Source of the DNA: an uncultured Cyclobacteriaceae bacterium
GTDB taxonomy: Bacteria > Bacteroidota > Bacteroidia > Cytophagales > Cyclobacteriaceae
Assembly (NCBI GenBank): GCA_937146645.1
Contig: CAKZRQ010000012.1
Coordinates: forward strand, 180,777-244,776
Reading direction: 5' to 3'
Length of the DNA stretch: 64,000 nt
The translations under genes were made by a program, and so were the position numbers. The notes below the pieces were generated by a model, which was given only the letters and a program-made list of their open reading frames with translations, had not been told where the DNA came from and did no database searches. Of the stretch, positions 38,362 through 48,700 are shown piece after piece. The stretch's first letter is position 1. Every line of letters starts with the position of its first letter.

Positions 38362-39507
38362 ATGAAATTTGGAACCAAAGTCATCCACGCAGGAATCAAG
38401 CCCGATCCCTCAACTGGAGCTATTATGACACCTATATTTCAGACTTCGACCTATGTGCAGAAGTCTCCGGGTGATCATCAGGGATATGAGTATTCTAGAA
38501 CCCATAATCCAACGAGAACTGCTTTACAGGATAATCTGGCAGCTCTAGAGAATGGTAAACATGGAATTTGCTTCTCCTCGGGACTAGGTGCTATCGACGC
38601 GGTAGTAAAATTGTTTAAACCAGGTGATGAGATAGTAAGCACAAGTGATCTTTATGGCGGGACATACAGACTTTTCACCAAAATATTTGAGCAGTATGGG
38701 ATCAAATTTCATTTCGTCCCGATGGAGGATCCAGCGGCGGTCGCTGAGAAAATCAACTCAAATACCAAGTTGATTTGGGTAGAAACCCCAACGAATCCGA
38801 TGATGAATATCATCGACCTTAAGAAGATGTCGGACCTTGCAAAAAAAGCAGGTGTGCTATTGGCAGTGGATAACACCTTTGCCTCACCTTATCTTCAAAA
38901 TCCTTTAGATCTTGGGGCCGATATAGTTATGCATTCGGTGACAAAGTATCTTGGGGGTCATTCGGATGTAGTGATGGGCGCGTTGATCGTTAATGACGAT
39001 GATTTGGCTGAAAGATTGGTTTTCATTCAAAATGCAAGTGGTGCGACCCCCGGTCCACAGGATTGTTTTCTTGTCTTAAGAGGGATTAAGACACTTCATC
39101 TTAGAATGGAGAGGCATTCACAAAATGGTAAAACCATCGCTGCCTATTTGAAAAATCATCCTAAAGTTGACAAAGTTTACTGGCCTGGATTTGAAGATCA
39201 TCCGAACCATAAAATCGCCAAAAAGCAGATGAAGGATTTCGGAGGAATGATTTCTTTCACCCTTCATGGTAATCAACTTGAGGATGCTAAAAAGGTGATG
39301 GAAAACTTTAAGTTGTTTTCTCTTGCAGAGTCTCTTGGAGGTGTAGAATCCCTTTGTGGTCACCCTGCATCAATGACTCATGCAAGTATTCCCAGGGAAG
39401 AACGTGAAAAGGTAGGGTTGGTAGATTCGTTGATTAGACTTAGCGTAGGCGTAGAAGATGCGGAAGATTTAAAAAATGATCTAGCCCAAGCGATGGCAAA
39501 TATTTAA
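38362..39507 (+). CDS. Trans-sulfuration PLP enzyme (cystathionine gamma-synthase/gamma-lyase/beta-lyase family)
   Basis: 381 aa. YSRTHNPTR, DNTFASPYLQNPL and the PLP-lysine context HSVTKYLGGHSD are signatures of the Cys/Met-metabolism PLP family. Confidence 0.85.
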   Translation: MKFGTKVIHAGIKPDPSTGAIMTPIFQTSTYVQKSPGDHQGYEYSRTHNPTRTALQDNLAALENGKHGICFSSGLGAIDAVVKLFKPGDEIVSTSDLYGGTYRLFTKIFEQYGIKFHFVPMEDPAAVAEKINSNTKLIWVETPTNPMMNIIDLKKMSDLAKKAGVLLAVDNTFASPYLQNPLDLGADIVMHSVTKYLGGHSDVVMGALIVNDDDLAERLVFIQNASGATPGPQDCFLVLRGIKTLHLRMERHSQNGKTIAAYLKNHPKVDKVYWPGFEDHPNHKIAKKQMKDFGGMISFTLHGNQLEDAKKVMENFKLFSLAESLGGVESLCGHPASMTHASIPREEREKVGLVDSLIRLSVGVEDAEDLKNDLAQAMANI

Positions 39508-40341
39508 TCAGACTAGGAGTTTATCGAATAATGACTTGGCCTGTTGCTCTGCTTTGAGTGACAGGTCTTTTTTTTCATTTCTTAAATCTTTGACCCAGTT
39601 AATATACTTGCCAGGAGGTGCGGGTAAATCACTTAGATAATAGGAGAGAGCCTGAAGAGTGAGATGGCTCTTGTACCATGTCTTTAATTTGTCCTTGAGC
39701 TCGGTTATTTCCTGATGGGTTTCTGAAGGAAAGATGGAGTTAAATCCTAATTTCATCAGGAGGTTTTCTAGAATAATGATTCTTCTCAATCCTTTGTAAA
39801 TCTCCTTAAGTTTCTCAGTCCCAAGAGTTCCATCCTGGTCAAGATGGAAGTTTTCCAATTCTTCTTGCATTAAACTGTTGATTCCAGAATTGATCATTAG
39901 AGGTTTTAATCCTTGACTCAATTCGAGAGTTTTTTCTCTGAATTGTTCCCAAGGACCGTAAGTACTTCCTACAATCATTTCATAGGTTTTATTGTAGAGG
40001 TCCTTTTTATACTCATTCAGTTTTTCTTCGAATGCAGCGTATTTTTTCCCTGAGGATAATTTCCTCTCTTTGAGTTCAGCTTCCACCAATTTATGATGGT
40101 AAATTTTTCTAAGGTTTTTATGCAAACCTCGATAAGAAGAAAACGGACCAGGATCGGAATGAAGATCTTGCTGATGGGTAGATGCCATAATTTCTGACAT
40201 CAATTCAAGAAAACTCATTTTACCAAGCAGTTCAATCGCGCTTTTCGATTTCATATGCTTGATTAGACGCAAAAAAATTGCTTTAGCCTCCGAATGTTGT
40301 GAATCGAAAATGTCGAAAACGGGAGATATTTTCCTCGGCAT
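39508..40341 (-). CDS. Hypothetical all-helical protein
   Basis: 277-aa ORF 3 nt downstream of the Smr gene. It is Lys/Glu/Leu-rich with predicted helices and several conserved-looking His residues. I recognise no motif confidently. Confidence 0.3.
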   Translation of the reverse strand: MPRKISPVFDIFDSQHSEAKAIFLRLIKHMKSKSAIELLGKMSFLELMSEIMASTHQQDLHSDPGPFSSYRGLHKNLRKIYHHKLVEAELKERKLSSGKKYAAFEEKLNEYKKDLYNKTYEMIVGSTYGPWEQFREKTLELSQGLKPLMINSGINSLMQEELENFHLDQDGTLGTEKLKEIYKGLRRIIILENLLMKLGFNSIFPSETHQEITELKDKLKTWYKSHLTLQALSYYLSDLPAPPGKYINWVKDLRNEKKDLSLKAEQQAKSLFDKLLV

Positions 40342-40344
40342 TTA

Positions 40345-41283
40345 TTAGGATATTCTTACTAGTGTGGCTCCGTATCCCCAGCGATCTTTCTGAGTATCCT
40401 TAAAGTACTTAATATTTTTTATTTCGCTTAAACGCTTTTGTATTTCTTTTCGAAGAACGCCGTTTCCAATACCATGAACAAAGGTGATTTCGTCCATACC
40501 AGAACTAATGGCTTGATTCAGATTTTTCTCAAAAACCTCAAGCTGGGTCCTTAAAATTTCGGAATTACTCATTCCATCATGATTATCAATGAGCTCTTCA
40601 ATGTGCAGATCTACCCTCGATAAAGGTTTTGGCGTGGGCGATGTTAAAGGCTCAATAGTATCATTTAAATCCCGATTTAAAGATGATATATCCAACTCCT
40701 TCTCCTTTCTAAATAGCTCAAAGGAATAGCCTTTTTGCTCAATAAGAGGAAGTTTTTCACTAGCTCTTGAAAAATTCTTGGGTTTAAACCTTAGGAAGGA
40801 GTCAAAACTTGGTTCTTGTTTCGAAGGGTTATTGGAGATGGGTAGACAAATGAAGTGCAGAATTGGCCAGTCGCTTATTTCCTTCAATCTAAATCTGTCC
40901 AGCTGGGCCCATTGATTAGATGGTAATGTGTTTGCGAAAATGGTTTTCTGTAAACCATCCTTTTCTGCATTTACCCTTATCAAAAAACTCTTACCTGATG
41001 GATTGATTAGGTTAGCGATTAACTCATTATCATTTTGAGGAATGAGTGCAAAGAATGGCAGAAGATCAGGTGATGAACTTGAATTTTGATTTTCAGTTAG
41101 CTCTGGCTCCGAAGAGTCGTCAAAAAAAGTCTTTTCAGAGCTATGGATAACGACAATTTCATTCTTCAATGCAGGGATAAGAAACCCATCTTCAATTTCT
41201 ATTTCAACTCGACTCCCTGAAATTTTTCTGATGATTCCTTCTTCATTTCCATGAAGCATCCTCACCTTATCGCCTATGTTCAT
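40345..41283 (-). CDS. Smr (MutS2-related small nuclease) domain protein with N-terminal KOW/DUF2027-like domain
   Basis: C-terminal Smr core VDLHIEELI...ITFVHGIGNGVLRKEIQKRLSE...GATLVRI. The N-terminal segment is GDKVRMLHGNEEGIIRKISGSRVEIEIEDGF. It overlaps the photolyase stop by 4 nt. Confidence 0.7.
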   Translation of the reverse strand: MNIGDKVRMLHGNEEGIIRKISGSRVEIEIEDGFLIPALKNEIVVIHSSEKTFFDDSSEPELTENQNSSSSPDLLPFFALIPQNDNELIANLINPSGKSFLIRVNAEKDGLQKTIFANTLPSNQWAQLDRFRLKEISDWPILHFICLPISNNPSKQEPSFDSFLRFKPKNFSRASEKLPLIEQKGYSFELFRKEKELDISSLNRDLNDTIEPLTSPTPKPLSRVDLHIEELIDNHDGMSNSEILRTQLEVFEKNLNQAISSGMDEITFVHGIGNGVLRKEIQKRLSEIKNIKYFKDTQKDRWGYGATLVRIS

Positions 41284-42614
41284 TTACCCAAAGCTTTTTT
41301 ATAAGTATCTATCGCTCGCTGTCTGGCAAATTTATGATCTACTATTGGTTTAGGATACTCTTCGGTGCCATATTCAGGGACCCATCTTTTGACATATTTA
41401 AGTTCCTTGTCGAATTTTTCCATTTGGGAGGTTGGGTTGAACACTCGGAAATAGGGTTGTGCATCCGTTCCAGTTCCTGCTGCCCATTGCCAGCCGCCAT
41501 TGTTAGATGCTAATTCAAAATCCAGTAGTTTTCTGGCAAAGTAGGCTTCGCCCCATCTCCAGTCAATCAAAAGATGTTTAGTAAGAAATGAAGCTACGAT
41601 CATACGAACCCGATTATGCATATACCCGGTCTGGTTTAACTCTCTCATTCCTGCATCAACGATTGGATAGCCAGTTTTACCATTACACCAGGCTTTGAAT
41701 TGTTCCTCATCGTGTCTCCATGGAACCTGGTCATAGGCTGGTTTAAAGGCCTTATCAACCACATGAGGATTTTTTGCAAGGATCATCATGTAGAACTCTC
41801 TCCAGATTAATTCATTAAGATATGTTCCGTTCAGCTCTTTTGCCCGAAGGGCCAAATGTCTTATCGAAATAGTCCCAAAGCGAAGATGGATCCCCAGCCG
41901 AGTCGTACCCTTAATAGCAGGAAAGTTTCTCGTCTTGTCATATTTACTGATCAAGCCGTCTGAGGTTTCGATTGGTGGAATTTCAATTTTAGAAGGGACA
42001 AATCCCATTTCCTTCAAAGGAATCATTTCTTCCGGGGATTCCGACTTTCTAAGATTTTTGAAATTTAGCCTATCGAGCGATTCGAAATTCAACTCTTCAA
42101 ACTTTGCTTTCCACTGTCTGCTGAATGGAGTAAATACCTTGTAAAAATCTCCTGATCCATTCACAATTTCATCCGGCTCAAATATCATTTGATCCTTGAA
42201 GCTTAAGAAACTCGCTTCATTTTCTTTCAGAAGTAGATCAATAGCCTGATCTCTCTCAGTGGCGTAAGGTTCGTAGTCACGATTAGTGAAAACAGAATCT
42301 ATCTCGTACTCATTAACCAAGTTTGAATAGATTTCTTCGGGTTTTCCATATCGAACCCATAAATCACCTCCTTTAGCCTGAAAGGCCTTCTTTAATCTAC
42401 CAACGGTCTCATGGAGAAAGCTTACTCTGGCGTCATCCTTATCTTCCAGCTTATCAAGGATGTTCCTATCGAAAATGAAAATGGGTTGCACATTAGCATT
42501 TTGCTGAAGAGCATGGTAAAGACCAGTATTATCTTCCAGGCGAAGATCTCTCCGAAACCAAAAGAAAGAGATTTTTGACATGAACTTTTTCTTTTCATAA
42601 GTCAAGTCAAGCAT
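41280..42614 (-). CDS. Deoxyribodipyrimidine photolyase / cryptochrome family protein
   Basis: FFWFRRDLRLEDNTGLYHAL, WREFY and TGYPIVDAGMRELNQTGYMHNRVRMIVASFLTKHLLIDWRWGEAYF...GGWQWAAGTGTDAQPYFRVFNP are canonical FAD-binding photolyase motifs. The start may be the internal Met at 42581. Confidence 0.85.
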   Translation of the reverse strand: MLDLTYEKKKFMSKISFFWFRRDLRLEDNTGLYHALQQNANVQPIFIFDRNILDKLEDKDDARVSFLHETVGRLKKAFQAKGGDLWVRYGKPEEIYSNLVNEYEIDSVFTNRDYEPYATERDQAIDLLLKENEASFLSFKDQMIFEPDEIVNGSGDFYKVFTPFSRQWKAKFEELNFESLDRLNFKNLRKSESPEEMIPLKEMGFVPSKIEIPPIETSDGLISKYDKTRNFPAIKGTTRLGIHLRFGTISIRHLALRAKELNGTYLNELIWREFYMMILAKNPHVVDKAFKPAYDQVPWRHDEEQFKAWCNGKTGYPIVDAGMRELNQTGYMHNRVRMIVASFLTKHLLIDWRWGEAYFARKLLDFELASNNGGWQWAAGTGTDAQPYFRVFNPTSQMEKFDKELKYVKRWVPEYGTEEYPKPIVDHKFARQRAIDTYKKALGK

Positions 42615-42624
42615 GCTTTGTTTA

Positions 42625-45600
42625 TCAATTGTCGCTTTCTGGTGGTATGTTTTTATTCACCCTCTGCAAAGAATCGTACCTCTCATCAATTCTAGTTAAA
42701 TCGATAGGTGTCCAGTCATATCCATCTTGATATCGAAGGAAATTATCGTCATCATTAAAAAGAAGTTCATCATCCTTCTTTCTAGTGATCTTATTGAAAA
42801 GCTCAGAGAACGAATCGAAGGATACATTTTGAGAAACTGCCACTCCGTAAGTCGCCACATTTTGAGAAAGGGAGAGTGAGGTGAAAGTATTGAAGTTATT
42901 TTTATTAAAAATTCGGATTCGATATACCCCATCTTCGGTCAAAGTGTACTCTGCTTGCCAGTCCCCAATAATGGATGCTGCGTCTGCATTTCCATTGTTA
43001 TCTGTGAACCCTCCGTCTCTTGACACCCTGAGTCTCCCGTCCAGGAACGTATAGGCTACACTTAATTGAAATGTTTCCAAAGTGTTTTCGTCAAGACTGT
43101 TCAAGTCTACATCCACTTCAAGGTTTTGATCTACCTGGCTGATAAAATTGTTTAATTGAGCAGATAAGAGTTGACCAAGGCTAGAAGATATAGTGTTAAC
43201 TCCGCTAAACTGGCCTTCAGGAGAAAGAGAACGAGTGAGAATTACAGAAAAGACCTGCCTATTCATTTCCTGTTCATCATTTGCTACACGGTTTTGGAAA
43301 GCTGCAATGGTAGTTTGAAAATCCCCACTACTCGGGAACTCTGAAAAATCAAATCCGAATTCGATGTCAGGTGAGAGCAGTTCTCCTCTGAGATCCATGG
43401 TCACCTTTAAGGGGTACCTTCTGCTATTCTGGGAACTTTGGTCATCAACCGTCGATGAAGCCAATATAGGTTGCAGTGATACATTCTCGACGTATTCTGC
43501 GGTCAAATCCATGATGCCTGCATAGGGATCGCCAAACCAGGTAATTCTTCCTCCGGGCTTAATGTTGAACTGCTTATTCACCACATTGTAAAGCGAAAAA
43601 TTATAAAGACCCTCAACAATTTCATAGGTTCCGTTCAGTTCAAAATTTCCCTGAGTATCAATCTTTAAGGTAAGAGCTCCACGACCTCTTCCCTGAATTC
43701 CTTCATCCGTTTTAGGATCGATTATTATTTCCGTCAAGGCATCCGGTGTGATATTCATAATGAAATTCATGGTAACATTTTGAATATCTAATCGGTCTTC
43801 TACAGCTATTACTTCCTGGATTCTAACTGTATCTCGAATGTTTATGATATTTATGAAGTCCTCTTGAATCTGAGAATCATCCGAGGTCAAGGGTATGTAG
43901 ATTTTTGTGTTTGCTTCAGACTCTACATTGGCATTGATATCAAGATTCGTGGTGCTACCCTTTAATTCTAATGTACCGGTCACATAAGCTTCTCCATAGA
44001 AGCTCTCATTATCATCTTCGTCAGTATTTAGTACCTGGAAATTTGAAAGATTGGAATCTATATCCAGGTTGAAATCCCTGAAATTTTGATGATTAATTCC
44101 ACCCCTGAAATCAGCTTCATTCCCGAAGGAATCAAGAATTAGTAGCTCTCTAAAACTTATTTGGTTTGTCCTGAATACAATTCCTCCATCAAGCTGATAG
44201 CTTGTTTGAAGGTAATTTATTTTCATTTTTCCTTGTTCTATCTCGGTCGAACCTTCCACCACTGGGGCATCCAAAGTACCAGAAACCTCAAGATTTCCAG
44301 TTGTAGTACCACTTAATTCTGATACATATTTAGAAAGGAAGGGCTCTAAAGCTACCAGGTTGGTACCTGCTAACTTGACTTGAAGTGCCAGGTCCTGATC
44401 TTCCAAACCGATGGACCCGGATAAGTCAAAGGTCTTAGTTCTTTCTCTTACGTTTTGAAGGTTCACCACCATTCGATCACCCTCAATCGCTGTAGAGCCG
44501 ACAACATCGCCTATTGGGAAGGCATTTATTTCCAATGCCTCAATTCCTAAATTACCTTCAATAAGGGTTGATTCAAAGCCATTACTCACCGTAATTAAAC
44601 CATCTGCAGTTCCATCGAAATCTTGAAGCGTAAGGGTATTTAAAATAGAGACATCCACATTTTGGATGGCTAGATTCATCTTCTCTTCCGGATCTTCACT
44701 TATGCCACCTTCCAGAGATATGAATTGATCTCCATTATAAACTTTTAGGTTGGTTACCTCAATGTCCCTTGGTTTAAGGACTATTTCATTCTCAGAATCA
44801 ATCTGCCAATCTTGGTTTAAGACTTGAAGCTTTGAAGGAAGGAAATTGATGGTTGTATTCTCACTTGAGAAACGCGCTGCAGCATTTATTCGGGCAGAGC
44901 TTTGGGTGGAATCCTGATCTAAAGAAAAGTCGAGATTAATCTGATTCTGGTCCCAAATAGCCTCGAGTCCCAGGTTTGTAAAGTTTAAATTTTCACTCAG
45001 GGATTGTTCTTTGGAATAAATGTAGAAGGAAGCGAGGATGTCTTCACTATTGATGATTTTTGAAGTATTAAAGTCAATGTTAATATCTTTGGCAATGCTG
45101 TTGTTGTACTTTAATTCATCAATGCTGGTAAAGATGTTGAACACCGTATTTTCCGGTGTCTGATAAAATGCTCCCTCAACAATCGTGTTTGGCGAAAGGG
45201 TTAAGCTAGGTTCAAAAAGCTGAATAATAGGATTGATATCCAGCAGATTAATATTTATGTCGGCGCTATAGTTTTCCGAGAAATTCTTCTCTAAGTCTGC
45301 GATAGGTTGTTCCTCATTTAGAATAATGGAGAGATATTGATCAAAAAGCACCGGTAAGTCTTTGCTCATCCGCTCTAAATTGAATTGGCCGGATGCTCCA
45401 GCTACCAAATAATCAGAGTTGATCGAGATAGTTCGGGTACCACCCGCAAAAAGGGACTGGAAATAGAAATCGCCAATGTCAAGATATCTATCCTCGTAGC
45501 CTGCCTTTAAGTTTTGAAACCTTCCAATTCCTTCAATTCCATCCAGAGTAATTCCTTTGGTATCCAACTCGATGAAGCCGCTGAGAAAGGCAGGTTTTTC

Positions 45601-47217
45601 AGTGAAATTGATTGCTTGTAGTGCGGCTGAATCTAGATCTATGGTTAATCGAATTGAATCTACAGACTCTTCCAGATTGACTGTTCCACCCGCTTTTAGG
45701 ATAAGATTTGGGTCATTAATCTCAATATTCCCCTGAAAAAGATTTAGACCGTAATTGGCATTAGTTACAATATTCGAATAAGAATATCCATTTAGGCCGA
45801 ATTGTGAGATATTTGCGTCCATTCCCACGATTACATTTTCAGCTCTATTTCCTTCAAGATTAACTCTACCGTCTAAACTAATGCGCTGAAACAGGTCAGG
45901 GTTATCGGTAAGAATACCCAGATCAAGTTGATTAACTTCTACATTGGACACTATCTCAGGGATACCTGAAGTAGCATCATACCTAACCCTACCAGAAATG
46001 TCTCCAATGGAAGTCTTGAAATCACCATTGGTATCAAATCTTTGCAGGAAACCTGCAAAGTCAGCATTTAGCTCTATCTCCTTAAACTTTTTCACCGGGA
46101 CTTTTAGAGAATCATTCAAATAATCCTCAAGGTCATTCGCATCTAAAAAGGTATCATCAAGGGAGAGGCGAATAAAAGTCTTATCGATATCAGGTAGTCC
46201 TTTCAATCCGAAAGATCCTCCCACTTTCGTTCTTTGCCCAATTTCCAGTAGGAACTCATCTGATGAAAAATCAGAAATGGTACCGCTTACATTACCTGTG
46301 AGCTTTAATTGATCTTCTTTTTCTCTAAGGTTTGGAACAAAAAGGCGAATATCCTGCCTGCTCAAAATGCTTTCATCCAAATGGATTTCCAGCATGACCT
46401 CTTCTATAAAATTTGAAAATGAGCCTACTGAATCGAATTCAAAACTTAGATAATCCTTTATCTCAGATGCTTGAGTCTTCAAAAGTGCATTTTCAAGAAT
46501 GAGTTGATTTGGATTGTAAGTAAGATTTCCACTCAGCTCTCGAACTTCTAAATCTGTTTGCGGATTTCTTCCAGTTAGAATATCAATGTCAATGGTGACT
46601 TCTCCATTCTTGATATATAATTCGTTTGCATTGCCAGTAATATCGGTTACCCTGAGCTGATTATAGTTTAAGCCCTCTTCGATGACCGGTTTATTGAAAT
46701 TCAAAAGAGAAAACTTCATCTTCCTTAATTCCATTTCGCCAATTCCAAAAGCTGTTTGATTCGTACCTGATCCAGACCCAAAAAGGTCAGCCATCTCACT
46801 AGTCCACATGTTCAGGTTGGATAGACTATCGTTTTCATGGGTTATAATCTGGAAGATTCCATTTTCCGCTCGAACTTGATCCAGTCGAATATCACCTGGC
46901 GGTAAAATGGATAAGATGTCAAAGTCGGCATGGAGAAGTTCAGCCGCCATAAGGGTGCTGTCTCTATGATCCAGAACTCGGAAATCCTCAAGCTTCAACA
47001 TATCCCACCATGAGATAGTGATGTGTCCAATTTCAGTCGTGAAATTACCTGAAGTATTTAGCCTACTCGTGATTTTATCTATCAGATAATTCTGTACTGA
47101 TGTGAGCTGTAAAGCCAGTCCAAAAAGGATCAAAAAAAGGAAGAAGAAAAAGACCACGCGAATAAGCACTCGAAGGGCTTTCAGCAAAAAATCCGTAACT
47201 TTCGAGTTCTTTTCCAA
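42625..47217 (-). CDS. tamB: TamB-like translocation and assembly module protein (DUF490/AsmA-like giant beta-taco protein)
   Basis: 1530 aa. One N-terminal signal-anchor helix (VVFFFFLFLILFGLALQL) is followed by a long, repetitive beta-rich region. The C-terminal DUF490-like end is GDWQAEYTLTEDGVYRIRIFNKNN. No ATG start; TTG at 47217 or in-frame TTG/GTG up to about 54 nt downstream. Confidence 0.6.
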   Translation of the reverse strand: MEKNSKVTDFLLKALRVLIRVVFFFFLFLILFGLALQLTSVQNYLIDKITSRLNTSGNFTTEIGHITISWWDMLKLEDFRVLDHRDSTLMAAELLHADFDILSILPPGDIRLDQVRAENGIFQIITHENDSLSNLNMWTSEMADLFGSGSGTNQTAFGIGEMELRKMKFSLLNFNKPVIEEGLNYNQLRVTDITGNANELYIKNGEVTIDIDILTGRNPQTDLEVRELSGNLTYNPNQLILENALLKTQASEIKDYLSFEFDSVGSFSNFIEEVMLEIHLDESILSRQDIRLFVPNLREKEDQLKLTGNVSGTISDFSSDEFLLEIGQRTKVGGSFGLKGLPDIDKTFIRLSLDDTFLDANDLEDYLNDSLKVPVKKFKEIELNADFAGFLQRFDTNGDFKTSIGDISGRVRYDATSGIPEIVSNVEVNQLDLGILTDNPDLFQRISLDGRVNLEGNRAENVIVGMDANISQFGLNGYSYSNIVTNANYGLNLFQGNIEINDPNLILKAGGTVNLEESVDSIRLTIDLDSAALQAINFTEKPAFLSGFIELDTKGITLDGIEGIGRFQNLKAGYEDRYLDIGDFYFQSLFAGGTRTISINSDYLVAGASGQFNLERMSKDLPVLFDQYLSIILNEEQPIADLEKNFSENYSADININLLDINPIIQLFEPSLTLSPNTIVEGAFYQTPENTVFNIFTSIDELKYNNSIAKDINIDFNTSKIINSEDILASFYIYSKEQSLSENLNFTNLGLEAIWDQNQINLDFSLDQDSTQSSARINAAARFSSENTTINFLPSKLQVLNQDWQIDSENEIVLKPRDIEVTNLKVYNGDQFISLEGGISEDPEEKMNLAIQNVDVSILNTLTLQDFDGTADGLITVSNGFESTLIEGNLGIEALEINAFPIGDVVGSTAIEGDRMVVNLQNVRERTKTFDLSGSIGLEDQDLALQVKLAGTNLVALEPFLSKYVSELSGTTTGNLEVSGTLDAPVVEGSTEIEQGKMKINYLQTSYQLDGGIVFRTNQISFRELLILDSFGNEADFRGGINHQNFRDFNLDIDSNLSNFQVLNTDEDDNESFYGEAYVTGTLELKGSTTNLDINANVESEANTKIYIPLTSDDSQIQEDFINIINIRDTVRIQEVIAVEDRLDIQNVTMNFIMNITPDALTEIIIDPKTDEGIQGRGRGALTLKIDTQGNFELNGTYEIVEGLYNFSLYNVVNKQFNIKPGGRITWFGDPYAGIMDLTAEYVENVSLQPILASSTVDDQSSQNSRRYPLKVTMDLRGELLSPDIEFGFDFSEFPSSGDFQTTIAAFQNRVANDEQEMNRQVFSVILTRSLSPEGQFSGVNTISSSLGQLLSAQLNNFISQVDQNLEVDVDLNSLDENTLETFQLSVAYTFLDGRLRVSRDGGFTDNNGNADAASIIGDWQAEYTLTEDGVYRIRIFNKNNFNTFTSLSLSQNVATYGVAVSQNVSFDSFSELFNKITRKKDDELLFNDDDNFLRYQDGYDWTPIDLTRIDERYDSLQRVNKNIPPESDN

Positions 47218-48230
47218 TGGGTAATAAAGATATTTCTATTCTAGCAATCGAGTCCTCCTGCGACGAGACATCCGCGTCCATAATAGTAAACGGCAAAGTA
47301 CTTAATAATATCGTGGCGACACAATCAGTCCACGAAAAATATGGGGGTGTGGTTCCCGAGTTAGCATCCCGTGCTCATCAAGAAAATATAGTCCCAGTGG
47401 TCCAGGAGGCCATTTTTTCTTCTGGAATTAAGAAAGAAGACCTATCGGCTGTGGCCTTTACCAAGGGTCCGGGATTGATGGGATCATTACTTGTAGGAGT
47501 CAGTTTTGCGAAGTCATTTGCATTCGGTTTAGGAGTGCCATTGATCGAAATAAATCATATGCAAGCCCATGTTCTTGCTCATTTTATTGATGATCCTAAG
47601 CCTGAATTTCCTTTTATCTGTTTGACCGTAAGTGGCGGTCATACTCAGCTGGTTTTGGTTCGTGATTTTCTGGAAATGGAAGTAATCGGAGAAACCAGAG
47701 ATGATGCTGTAGGCGAGGCTTTTGATAAGACTGCTAAACTCCTAGGCTTGCCATATCCAGGAGGACCCATGATTGATAAGCACGCAAAAAATGGTAACCC
47801 CAAAGCTTATGAATTCCCCATCACTCGTATGCCAGATCTGGATTATTCTTTTAGCGGAATCAAGACTGCCGTTCTCTATTTTCTTCGCGATGAGCTCGAG
47901 AAAAACCCGAAATTCATCGAGGATAACATGGATGATCTTTGCGCCAGCATTCAATATAGTTTGATCAAAATGCTTACGATTAAACTGGAGAAAGCTTTGA
48001 CTCAGTACAAAATCAAAAATGTGGCAATAGCTGGAGGAGTTTCAGCGAACAGCGGTTTACGAAGTACTTTGGAACAGATGGCAAGAAAAAAGGGTTGGAA
48101 ACTATTCGTCCCGAAGTTTGAATACTGTACGGATAATGCAGGAATGATTGCAATCGCAGCTCACTACAAATATCTGGCGAGTGAATTCACAAGTTTAGAT
48201 GTGGCGCCGATCGCAAAAATGAAGCTTTAG
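47217..48230 (+). CDS. tsaD: tRNA N6-adenosine threonylcarbamoyltransferase
   Basis: ILAIESSCDETSASI, INHMQAHVLA, TVSGGHTQL and AGGVSAN are canonical TsaD/Kae1 motifs. Confidence 0.9.
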   Translation: MGNKDISILAIESSCDETSASIIVNGKVLNNIVATQSVHEKYGGVVPELASRAHQENIVPVVQEAIFSSGIKKEDLSAVAFTKGPGLMGSLLVGVSFAKSFAFGLGVPLIEINHMQAHVLAHFIDDPKPEFPFICLTVSGGHTQLVLVRDFLEMEVIGETRDDAVGEAFDKTAKLLGLPYPGGPMIDKHAKNGNPKAYEFPITRMPDLDYSFSGIKTAVLYFLRDELEKNPKFIEDNMDDLCASIQYSLIKMLTIKLEKALTQYKIKNVAIAGGVSANSGLRSTLEQMARKKGWKLFVPKFEYCTDNAGMIAIAAHYKYLASEFTSLDVAPIAKMKL

Positions 48231-48232
48231 TA

Positions 48233-48700
48233 ATGGCAAAAAAGAAGAAGATCGAGGCTTTCGTAAATATTAAAAACCGCAAGGCTGGTTATCAATATGA
48301 GTTTATTGATACTTATGTGGCTGGAATGGTTTTGAAGGGCACCGAAATTAAGTCTATTCGGGAAAACAAGGTATCCTTGACAGAGGCATTTTGTGTCTTC
48401 CACCAGGGTGAATTGTTTGTGAGACAGATGCACATTGCGCCTTACAGTATGGCTGCTTCTTACAATCACGAAGCCGTGAGAGATAGAAAACTTCTATTGA
48501 ATAAAAAGGAGTTAGAAAAATTGAAAAGTAAGTCTGCTGAAAAAGGACTTACTATGATTCCGGTTCGTATATTTATCAATGGCCGAGGGTTAGCGAAAAT
48601 GGAAATTGCCTTGGGTCGCGGTAAAAAACTCCATGATAAAAGACAGGACCTGAAGGAAAAAGATGCCAAAAGAGAAATTCAAAGAATGGCCCTTAATTGA
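48233..48700 (+). CDS. smpB: SsrA-binding protein
   Basis: 155 aa. NRKAGYQYEFIDTYVAGMVLKGTEIKSIR...GRGKKLHDKRQDLKEKDAKREIQR is the typical SmpB pattern. It starts 2 nt after tsaD. Confidence 0.9.
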   Translation: MAKKKKIEAFVNIKNRKAGYQYEFIDTYVAGMVLKGTEIKSIRENKVSLTEAFCVFHQGELFVRQMHIAPYSMAASYNHEAVRDRKLLLNKKELEKLKSKSAEKGLTMIPVRIFINGRGLAKMEIALGRGKKLHDKRQDLKEKDAKREIQRMALN

